Source: Patescibacteria group bacterium (GTDB taxonomy: Bacteria > Patescibacteriota > Patescibacteriia > Patescibacteriales > UBA12465). From it: a stretch of DNA of 64,000 bases. Location: positions 134,945 to 198,944 of the forward strand of contig JBAZKQ010000001.1 in the NCBI GenBank assembly GCA_041650715.1, in the 5' to 3' direction. The position numbers and the translations under genes are program-made. Positions 38,739 to 45,681 of the stretch are shown here, in pieces. Position 1 is the stretch's first letter; every line of letters starts with the position of its first letter. The notes beneath the pieces are model-generated. The model was not told the DNA's origin and did no database searches. It worked only from the letters and a program-made list of their open reading frames with translations.

Positions 38739-38828
38739 AGTTATTGGCTTTAAAGTCTAGAATTTCTGAAAATTTTGATGGTATTATTGGGGAAATCGAG
38801 AAGTGGGCGGAAATTTTGAGATAAAAAT

Positions 38829-39767
38829 TTATTCAATAACCTTTATACAGAACGCGAACCTATGGTATATAACGTTTTTACCTTTAACAAATGCCTCAAT
38901 ATTATAGTTTCCTGATTTTAGAAAAGTCAAACTAATTTTATTTTTTAATTGATTTTCATGGGCTTGTACAATTTCGCTGTTAAGTCTAATAATTTGTTTA
39001 TCTTCCGTTGCATAAATTGAAAGATTGGTGGTCTTCTCGACTAAAAAGTCCTGCGAAAGAATAAGTCCTATCTCGACTTTTTCGGCCATAATATCACTGC
39101 TATTGTTTATGGAGACGGGGATATCATATTTTTTATTTACAGAAAAATCAAATGTTTCATCTTTTTTTAGATATTTGCCATAAAAAATTAATCCAATTTT
39201 TTCTTCCTTAATAAATAAATCACTAACACTGTTACCATTTTTGGTGGATATATCGGATAATAATGATATTACTTTTTCCTCATAATCTTTTTTTGTTTGG
39301 TTTATTGAACCGAATACCTCAATTAAGATTAAAATGCTTTTCCATAAAATATATATTCCTATAATAAAGGCTATCAAGCTTAATGCTAACAGTAATAATC
39401 TATATTCTATTGCAAAAATTATAAGCGTAGCCATTAATAAGATAAATGCGAAAAAAAAGGGAATAAATATTTTTACAAATAATTTGTCTGGCTTTAAATA
39501 ATTTATTTTAACTTCTGCAATTCTTATATTTTTCTTTAAAGTTTTTATCGTTTTTTGCAAACCAGCGTAATCTAAATTTTTTTCCTCCTCCATTTTTTTA
39601 GTTTCGTTCACAAGGTTTTGATCACTTTGTTTCTTTTCGTTTTCATATTTTTCCAGAAGAAATTTTGAACCTTCTGAAAATATAGATAAAGCAATCGCCA
39701 AAATTGGAAGAACAAAACTCATTATAGTCAATATAAATGAACCATAAAGTTGCAAAGCACTATCCAT
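38829..39767 (-). CDS. Hypothetical membrane protein (TM, coiled coil, 2 TM, beta-rich C-domain)
   Basis: 312-aa ORF with very AT-rich codon usage. Hydrophobic helices lie at roughly residues 10-30, 100-122 and 125-150. A charged coiled segment spans 35-95, and about 160 aa are C-terminal beta-rich. No recognisable motif. Confidence 0.65.
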   Translation of the reverse strand: MDSALQLYGSFILTIMSFVLPILAIALSIFSEGSKFLLEKYENEKKQSDQNLVNETKKMEEEKNLDYAGLQKTIKTLKKNIRIAEVKINYLKPDKLFVKIFIPFFFAFILLMATLIIFAIEYRLLLLALSLIAFIIGIYILWKSILILIEVFGSINQTKKDYEEKVISLLSDISTKNGNSVSDLFIKEEKIGLIFYGKYLKKDETFDFSVNKKYDIPVSINNSSDIMAEKVEIGLILSQDFLVEKTTNLSIYATEDKQIIRLNSEIVQAHENQLKNKISLTFLKSGNYNIEAFVKGKNVIYHRFAFCIKVIE

Positions 39768-39874
39768 ATTTTTTATTGGTTAGTTTAATTAAGACATTAC
39801 TAGTTGGGATAACTATTAATATATAAAGATGAAAACCCTATTTTTCCTTTAATTTATGGGAAGTATTTAAACTA

Positions 39875-39903
39875 TTGACACTTTTTATAATAAGCTATAT
39901 AAT
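39875..39903 (+). promoter_or_regulatory. Perfect consensus sigma70 promoter (TTGACA-N17-TATAAT)
   Basis: TTGACA at 39875-39880, a 17-nt spacer ctttttataataagcta, and TATAAT at 39898-39903. Confidence 0.65.
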
Positions 39904-39909
39904 ATTAAT

Positions 39910-39969
39910 AGCTGACTGGAAACAGTCGCAATCATTTTATAGCTTAGGGGCTCTTTGGGAGTCCTTTTT
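39910..39969 (+). ncRNA. Candidate ~60-nt small RNA (GNRA hairpin plus intrinsic terminator)
   Basis: Lies downstream of the consensus promoter. Hairpin 1 is gc(t)gactg-GAAA-cagtcgc at 39911-39929. Hairpin 2 is gggctc-tttgg-gagtcc at 39948-39964, followed by ttttt at 39965-39969. The G-U pair and the T-run exist only on the plus strand. There is no ORF. Confidence 0.5.
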
Positions 39970-39973
39970 GCTA

Positions 39974-40714
39974 TTAAATCTCTTTTTTCCAACAAATAAA
40001 ATCTTTGATTTTTCTAATATCAAAAATTAGCAAACCGTCCGGACATAAATTATTTAATTCTCTGGATACCCTACGAGATGTTGCAAATAGAATGACTTTT
40101 TTGCCATTTACTAATAAATGTTTTAGGGGTTCAGAAAAATCACTATCTCCGCTCCATAAAATATAAGTATCAATATGGTTTTTATCATGGTCAACAAGTA
40201 TATCTCGACCAATCTCAACGTCAAAATTACATTTTCTATCTTCTAACATATATTCCCCACGAGCGTTCATCTCCTTAAACTTGTTATTCAAATATTCAAT
40301 TGTTGCGACATCGTATTTTCTAATTAAAGATGTTCTAATAAATTGATTTAACAAATCAGTTGATTGGGCAGAAACACTGCTGGCATCAATAGAAAAAGTC
40401 ATGATTTTTACTAACTTTGTTCTTAAATCATAGCCACATTTAGTCATTTCGCGGATCATTGTCTCTGAATTTTGGTCGCCGGTAAGGGTTCCGGCGTATA
40501 TTTTAATGGATTTAATGTTGTCAAAAGAATCTAAAAATTGCTTTAATCTCTTAATATCTATGTGCCAATTTAAATAAGTAGACCAAGGTTTTACATTGGC
40601 ATAATCAATATAGATATTAACATTTCCAGTCAATAAGTTTTCTAACTCAGCGATAATTTTTTTACCTTCATCGCTTGCTATTTCTCCTATTCTTTTGGTC
40701 TTTGCCGTAAACAT
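39974..40714 (-). CDS. NYN-domain (LabA/PIN-like) predicted ribonuclease
   Basis: 246 aa. VNIYIDYANV is the first acidic motif. NFDVEIGRDIL and ILWSGDSDFSEPLKHLLVNGKKVILFA match the NYN/LabA-like pattern (D...D...SGDSDF...GK.V). Confidence 0.8.
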   Translation of the reverse strand: MFTAKTKRIGEIASDEGKKIIAELENLLTGNVNIYIDYANVKPWSTYLNWHIDIKRLKQFLDSFDNIKSIKIYAGTLTGDQNSETMIREMTKCGYDLRTKLVKIMTFSIDASSVSAQSTDLLNQFIRTSLIRKYDVATIEYLNNKFKEMNARGEYMLEDRKCNFDVEIGRDILVDHDKNHIDTYILWSGDSDFSEPLKHLLVNGKKVILFATSRRVSRELNNLCPDGLLIFDIRKIKDFICWKKEI

Positions 40715-40718
40715 ACCT

Positions 40719-41096
40719 TTATTTTTTTTCTTTTAAATCAATAAAATAAATTATTCCGTAATTTTCATCATTTATTTCAGTCGGTTCATATTTTCCTTCA
40801 TACTTTTTATTATCAATTTCAAAACTTCTAAAAAAACTTCTGACCACAATACTGGCTGTTTGCCTGTTATAGCCAAAAATTATTTTAAAGCTTGATTTCC
40901 CCATCCTTTCTTTTGTGAATTGGAAACCCACTCTGTTGTTTCCATCTCCATTATCGTATAACAAAGATACAAAGTTAAACTCTGAAATATTATATTTTCT
41001 TACAAATCCGCCAGCAAAGCCAAATGATTGAGATTTTGTAAGAGAAATTGAATTTGTTAATTTTGCTCCGACATCTTCGAATTTTATAAACGCCAT
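40719..41096 (-). CDS. Hypothetical 125-aa protein, upstream partner of the NYN gene
   Basis: ORF ends 4 nt before the NYN start. It is beta-rich (SISLTKSQSFGFAGGFVRKYNI...VGFQFTKE...SFKIIFGY...ASIVVRSFF), loosely reminiscent of swapped-hairpin or AbrB-like pseudo-barrels. No firm assignment. Confidence 0.6.
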   Translation of the reverse strand: MAFIKFEDVGAKLTNSISLTKSQSFGFAGGFVRKYNISEFNFVSLLYDNGDGNNRVGFQFTKERMGKSSFKIIFGYNRQTASIVVRSFFRSFEIDNKKYEGKYEPTEINDENYGIIYFIDLKEKK

Positions 41097-41124
41097 ATTT
41101 TAATAGTTATCTTATAACTTTATT

Positions 41125-41153
41125 AGTTTATCAAATTAAAAGATGTATGTCAA
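41125..41153 (-). promoter_or_regulatory. Sigma70-like promoter for the 125-aa/NYN cassette (TTGACA-N17-TAAACT)
   Basis: On the minus strand, TTGACA corresponds to plus-strand tgtcaa at 41148-41153. A 17-nt spacer follows, then TAAACT (plus-strand agttta at 41125-41130). About 30 nt upstream of the ATG at 41096. Confidence 0.5.
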
Positions 41154-41504
41154 ATGGAGATTAACCATATATGAAAAATAATGAAATATGTTGAAAAGTT
41201 ATATATTATTAGCTAAATTGTAATTTAAGTAAATGTTATCTTTGTTTTATAAAGTTATCCACAATATGCGTTATTAAGGATAATTTTGATTATTTACTAA
41301 TAAAATCCGCCTCTTGATTCACCCCCTATTTTCTGCCATTACGCTCTCATAGACTTATTAATAAACATAATAAGGCAGGAAGATAAAACATAGCTACGGC
41401 TAGTCAGATTACGGACAATAATTTAAAAAAATGCAGTCTTTAAATAATATAATAAATATAAGCAAAGTCTAAATTTTTGCCAACTCAACTATAAACACGA
41501 GCAA

Positions 41505-41750
41505 TATATCCGGACGGATGGCTTGTGTTTTTTTGTTTGGCCGAGTTGCCCCTCTTGAGGTTGGCCTTGCCATGTATTTCTGAACAACCTCGCCTCACTC
41601 GCGGACCAGTCCGCTCGTTCGTTGTCGCGGTCAGCGTCCGAAGCTCCCCCGGAGCTTCGTCCGACGCTCGCCACGCCTGCGTCCCGCTGGCCGCAGGCTA
41701 AGCTCGCTTCTGACCTGTTCGATTCCCCTCGGCTAACGCCGTCTAATTAA
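41505..41750. other. GC-rich, hairpin-dense non-coding element (candidate structured RNA; strand unresolved)
   Basis: There is an abrupt rise in G+C relative to the AT-rich surroundings. Helices found: 41557-63/41585-91 (gaggttg/caacctc), 41601-05/41610-14, 41634-47/41651-67 (14 bp with a 3-nt bulge), and 41675-81/41692-98 (gcctgcg/cgcaggc). The enclosing pair is 41539-45/41728-34. No credible ORF. Confidence 0.4.
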
Positions 41751-41780
41751 AAAATGCCCAGCTAACGCTGAGCACTTTTT
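41749..41780 (-). terminator. Intrinsic terminator downstream of tRNA-Glu (bidirectional geometry)
   Basis: tgcccagc-taac-gctgagca hairpin flanked by aaaaaa and ttttt. The single mismatch becomes a G-U pair only on the minus strand. Confidence 0.65.
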
Positions 41781-41786
41781 AATTAG

Positions 41787-41858
41787 TAGTCCCTAGGGGA
41801 ATCGAACCCCTGTTACCAGGATGAGAACCTGGCGTCCTAACCGTTAGACGAAGGGACC
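41787..41858 (-). tRNA. tRNA-Glu (anticodon CTC), CCA not encoded
   Basis: Reverse complement folds as GGTCCCT TC GTCT AACGGTTA GGAC G CCAGG TTCTCAT CCTGG TAAC AGGGG TTCGATT CCCCT AGGGACT A. 72 nt. Confidence 0.9.
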
Positions 41859-42776
41859 ATTTTTATGGCCGCGGAGGAATTCTTCACTCGCCATAATTTT
41901 CTTGCCTTCAAGTTGTAATTTTAGTATAAGGAGAGATTCTTGTCCACACTGTACGGCCAACTGGCCTTCGTGTAAAAAAGTGGCGCCGGCGGCATGGGTG
42001 TTTATATTTAAAACTTCGCCAGAGACAGCGATAATTTTTAGGGTTTTTCCGCCGGATACGGTGAAAGTCCCCGGCCAGGGATTATAAGCGCGCACCATGC
42101 GCTCGATTTCGACCGCCGATTTCGTCCAGTCAATTTTACCGTCCTCCTTGCTTAAGGTCTTTATATAACTTGCCTGGCTTTCATCTTGACTCTGGGGGAT
42201 TATTTTACCGGCGATAAAATCTTCCAAGGTTGGAATTAATATTTCGGCACCCAGCGCGGATAATTTATCGTGTACGTTTTCTAAACTTTCCGTGCCCGCT
42301 AATTTTATCTTAGCTTGCCGTAGAATCGGTCCGGTGTCAAGGCCGGCCTCCATGCGCATAATTGTGACGCCGGTTTCTTTATCGCCATTTAAAATCGGCG
42401 CGTTTAAGACTGCCGCGCCTCGATATTTAGGCAGGAGGGAAGCATGGACATTAACGCAGCCATAGGTCGGAATATCTAAAATGCTTTGGGGGATTATTTT
42501 GCCATAAGCAATCACCACAATTAAATCCGGTTGGAGATTTTTGAGGTTTTCTAACTCATCTTTAAGTTTAGTCGGTTGGAATATTGCTAAATTATTTTCC
42601 AGTGCCAATTTTTTTATAGGCGACGGGGTAAGGACCTGGTTGCGTCCGACTGGCTTGTCCGGCTGCGTAAAAACACCGACGATTTCAAAAATATCGCTGC
42701 TAATGAGTCGTGAGAGGCCGGGCAAAGCGAACTCCGGGGTGCCCATAAATATTACTTTGTATCTTTTTCTTTCCAT
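41844..42776 (-). CDS. fmt: Methionyl-tRNA formyltransferase
   Basis: KVIFMGTPEFALPGL...NVHASLLPKYRGAAVLNAPILNGD. The start is set at the internal Met (cat at 42774-42776), giving 310 aa. The stop codon lies 15 nt inside the 5' end of tRNA-Glu. Confidence 0.92.
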   Translation of the reverse strand: MERKRYKVIFMGTPEFALPGLSRLISSDIFEIVGVFTQPDKPVGRNQVLTPSPIKKLALENNLAIFQPTKLKDELENLKNLQPDLIVVIAYGKIIPQSILDIPTYGCVNVHASLLPKYRGAAVLNAPILNGDKETGVTIMRMEAGLDTGPILRQAKIKLAGTESLENVHDKLSALGAEILIPTLEDFIAGKIIPQSQDESQASYIKTLSKEDGKIDWTKSAVEIERMVRAYNPWPGTFTVSGGKTLKIIAVSGEVLNINTHAAGATFLHEGQLAVQCGQESLLILKLQLEGKKIMASEEFLRGHKNGPFV

Positions 42777-42791
42777 GTTATCATTATAAGT

Positions 42792-43427
42792 ATGTTTATC
42801 GTATTTATCAATTGGGTGCTTGGCATAACGAGCGGTCTCGGCTACGGGGGTGTTTTTATTTTGATGGCGGTTGAAAGCTCTTTTTTGCCTTTTCCGTCGG
42901 AATTGGCTATCCCGCCGGCCGCTTATCTCGCGAGTCAAGGGAAGATGGATGTTTTTTTGATAATTGCAATCGGCACATTGGGGAGCTTAGTCGGGGCACT
43001 GGTAAATTATTATTTAGCGCTGTGGCTCGGGCGTCCTCTCGTTTACCGTTTACTCGAAACGCGGGCCGCTCGCTTTTTGCGTTTAAAAAAAAGCGATCTG
43101 GAAAGAGCCGAGACGCTGTTTTTAAAAAATTCCCGTCAGGCGACTTTTGTTGGTCGTCTCATACCGGTGGTTCGCCAATTGATTTCTATTCCGGCCGGTT
43201 TTACAAAAATGCCCATTATCCCCTTTGTGGCCTTAACGACCTTGGGTTCATTGCTCTGGGTGAGCGTTTTGGCCGCTCTCGGTTATATTTTAGGTGCGAA
43301 TCAGGACTTACTGGTGCAATATTATCATGAAATTCAAAGCGCCCTCTTATTATTGGGAGCGATTTGGTTATTGCGCTTTATCTTAAAGAAACGCCAAAAA
43401 TATTTAAAGAAAAAACGCCAAGCTTAA
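42792..43427 (+). CDS. DedA family membrane protein
   Basis: 211 aa. The ESSFLPFPSE and FVGRLIPVVRQLISIPAG motifs are typical of DedA/SNARE-associated proteins. Confidence 0.85.
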   Translation: MFIVFINWVLGITSGLGYGGVFILMAVESSFLPFPSELAIPPAAYLASQGKMDVFLIIAIGTLGSLVGALVNYYLALWLGRPLVYRLLETRAARFLRLKKSDLERAETLFLKNSRQATFVGRLIPVVRQLISIPAGFTKMPIIPFVALTTLGSLLWVSVLAALGYILGANQDLLVQYYHEIQSALLLLGAIWLLRFILKKRQKYLKKKRQA

Positions 43428-43431
43428 TTAT

Positions 43432-43905
43432 TTATTTTTTGACCAGGCGGTCGATAAAAAGAATACCGTCTAAATGGTCAATCTCATGCTGAATAACTCG
43501 GGCGAATAATTTTTCCGCCGCGAGTTTTTGTTTTTGGCCTTTGGCGTCAAAGTAAATACAATTAATTTTTTTATGGCGCTCAACTGGGGCATAGATAATT
43601 TCCCCCTTTTCGTTAAGTACGGACAAGCAGCCCTCTTCTTCAATTTCACGCGCCCAGGATTTTTTAGTTATTTGCGGATTGATAAGGAATAAGGGTTTTT
43701 CATCTTTAAGAACGACAATCGCGCGGATATTTTTGCCGATTTGCGGAGCCGCTAAGCCCGCGCCGTCTTTTTTCATCATGGTTTCCGCCATGTCTAAAAG
43801 CAGAGTTTGAAATTCCGGTTTCATAATCTCGGCGAGTTCAAGCGCGTCTGATTTTTGGCGGAGAATCGGATTGGGGTGGGTCAATATTTTTAATTGTTTG
43901 GGCAT
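43432..43905 (-). CDS. def: Peptide deformylase
   Basis: GAGLAAPQIG, EGCLS and QHEIDHLDG metal-binding motifs. Confidence 0.95.
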   Translation of the reverse strand: MPKQLKILTHPNPILRQKSDALELAEIMKPEFQTLLLDMAETMMKKDGAGLAAPQIGKNIRAIVVLKDEKPLFLINPQITKKSWAREIEEEGCLSVLNEKGEIIYAPVERHKKINCIYFDAKGQKQKLAAEKLFARVIQHEIDHLDGILFIDRLVKK

Positions 43906-43908
43906 ATT

Positions 43909-44196
43909 TTATTTTTGGACAAATTTTTTATTATCTTCTTTCTGATCTATAATTTTGAAAAAGTATTTCCACGCGGCACCGGTTTTGCAAAGTTCCTTAG
44001 TATCGTTAAGCGCCATGGTAACTTTGTGGGCCGGCAGATCGCGGCAAACTTTAAAAATCGCACCCCTTTTAAAAGCCGGAATATTTAATTCTTGGATAAT
44101 TCTTAAGGCAAAATCCTGCCAGGGGTAGGCCGGTGCTTTTACTTTTTGCTTTAGTTTGAGTATATCGGCCAGCGACTTGAATTTATCTTCTTCCAT
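43909..44196 (-). CDS. Hypothetical protein
   Basis: 95-aa ORF packed tightly between def and the LigB-like gene. No recognisable motif. Confidence 0.5.
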   Translation of the reverse strand: MEEDKFKSLADILKLKQKVKAPAYPWQDFALRIIQELNIPAFKRGAIFKVCRDLPAHKVTMALNDTKELCKTGAAWKYFFKIIDQKEDNKKFVQK

Positions 44197-44208
44197 ATGG
44201 GACTTAAC

Positions 44209-45006
44209 TTAGATTTTAAAATCAACACTAAGATAGCCAATACCGAAATCAGTCTGGTAAGATAATATACGCGTTTCGACCGGTCTTCCTTCTAAAATTC
44301 CCAGGAGAATGGTAATCGGCTTGAGGCCGCATTCACCGGCATCTTTAATTAATTTCGCATCCATTTTTAGGATATTTTCGGCGGCCTTATCCGGTTCACT
44401 TAAATATTCTATCAGCTTATTATCGAATTTGGCGCCTTTAGGAGAATAGCCACCCGGCGATTTTCGCTTTAGACGATGAGATAAATCGCTGGAAGCTAAA
44501 ACCGCGATTTTTTTGTCGCTGGCTTCAATGATATTTTTTAATTTTATGCCCAGATTGAAGTGATCCTGCAGGCTAAGTTCGCCCGCCGGAATTAGGACAA
44601 TGATTTTAAAATTACCGACAAGGCCCTTGAGAAGGTAGGCGGGAATAGCGCTGCCGTAATCAAGAACCGGTTCAGAGACGAGTTGCAGAGAAAATTCGTC
44701 TGCCAGGGCGCTTTTAATTTGGTCAGCCAAAAGCGAGTCGCCGCTTAAAATGGTTTTCGCGGGGATAAAGCCGAAATCTTGGAGATTAATAGACATTTCT
44801 GGAGCAACGTTTAAGGTTAAGCTGGCGTCCTGGGTCAGGCCGTGCGGGCTAATGATAACCAGGGTATCAATTTTTAGTTCCTTTAGGTCGGCACCAATTC
44901 GATTATAGGCCTCAGTTGTCTTAGCGAGAAAATTAAAATTCGTCCGGCCGATTTCCGGGATTAATAAAGGGGAGTGAGGAAGGATAAAGCTTTTGCTTAG
45001 GGCCAT
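44209..45006 (-). CDS. Class III extradiol dioxygenase-fold (LigB / Memo-like) protein
   Basis: 265 aa. ILPHSPLLIPE...VIISPHG...ASSDLSHRL resembles the LigB/AmmeMemoRadiSam-B fold His motifs. Function uncertain. Confidence 0.55.
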   Translation of the reverse strand: MALSKSFILPHSPLLIPEIGRTNFNFLAKTTEAYNRIGADLKELKIDTLVIISPHGLTQDASLTLNVAPEMSINLQDFGFIPAKTILSGDSLLADQIKSALADEFSLQLVSEPVLDYGSAIPAYLLKGLVGNFKIIVLIPAGELSLQDHFNLGIKLKNIIEASDKKIAVLASSDLSHRLKRKSPGGYSPKGAKFDNKLIEYLSEPDKAAENILKMDAKLIKDAGECGLKPITILLGILEGRPVETRILSYQTDFGIGYLSVDFKI

Positions 45007-45154
45007 AAATTTAGGTATTCTTAGGTATTTTTAGTATAGTATAATTATTCTCTTTAGAGAAGTTGACGAAAAACCTTAAAGATAGTAATATAAAATATTG
45101 GAAAAATGAATCAGATCTTTGAAAAAATAAAACAAAAATAAAAAAAAGCCAGAA

Positions 45155-45649
45155 ATGAAAAAAAGAAAAATGAGTTCCTGGCAACTTACGATAATGTATT
45201 TTGCCATCTGTGTCTTACCGGCCCTATTAATCGTGGCCGTGTATATTTGGGGCAAAGCAAGCGCTTTTGCGCTACATGATAAAGAAGCGATGCAATTGAG
45301 TTATGGCTTGCCGATGGGCGCGATTATTATGGTAGTTTTCTATCAATTAATTTTCGCTGAAGATTTCGATATGAAGATGTTCTTTGCCTCGGCGGTTGCC
45401 TTTGTGGCGCTGGCTTTGGCCGATTTAGCTCTGGGCTACGGCGATGTGGTCGCTTTAATCCTTTTTGCCGTGATGGGAATAGTGATTGCTTTCGGAACTT
45501 CGCATCATTTGCGGGATCACCGTTCACCGAATTGGCGCGATATCGCCTTTGTTTTTTTCACAATGCTTTCCGCCCTCGGATTTTATTATGCCGTGGGCTT
45601 AGCGCTCAGTGAAAAAATAAACATACTAAAGTTTCTACAGAGCCTTTAA
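45155..45649 (+). CDS. Hypothetical membrane protein
   Basis: 164 aa with about 5 hydrophobic helices. TTGACG-N17-TAATAT lies upstream and a terminator lies downstream. Confidence 0.55.
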   Translation: MKKRKMSSWQLTIMYFAICVLPALLIVAVYIWGKASAFALHDKEAMQLSYGLPMGAIIMVVFYQLIFAEDFDMKMFFASAVAFVALALADLALGYGDVVALILFAVMGIVIAFGTSHHLRDHRSPNWRDIAFVFFTMLSALGFYYAVGLALSEKINILKFLQSL

Positions 45650-45681
45650 GTTTTGAACCTTAAACTCTAAATTTTATGCGC

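Larger units (their letters stand above)
37614..41829. mobile_element. Putative integrase-less genomic islet inserted at tRNA-Glu, bounded by direct repeats of the tRNA 3' half
   Basis: Direct repeats at 37614-37657 and 41787-41829. Similarity ends inside the anticodon stem-loop. Interior genes at 38829-41096 are visibly more AT-rich than flanking housekeeping genes. No integrase, recombinase or transposase ORF is present. Confidence 0.45.

Noticed and set aside
37689-41596. Inverted 9-mer gaggcgagg (37689-37697 versus the complement of 41588-41596) considered as terminal inverted repeats of a transposon
   Set aside because: Only 9 perfect bases with loosely similar flanks. A rough expectation for such a match between two GC-rich regions of about 300 bp is close to 1. 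There is no transposase and no target-site duplication.
41489-41674. 61-aa minus-strand ORF inside the GC-rich element
   Set aside because: It is Arg/Ser/Gly/Ala-rich and low in complexity, as expected from a random frame in GC-rich DNA. It has no SD or promoter context, and its codon usage is unlike every other gene here.
41711-41740. TGTTCGATTCCCC read as the T-arm of a plus-strand tRNA or the 3' end of a tmRNA
   Set aside because: The 5 nt upstream (acctg) cannot pair with cccct. No acceptor pairing or CCA follows, and no tag-peptide reading frame or GGGG 5' end is present.
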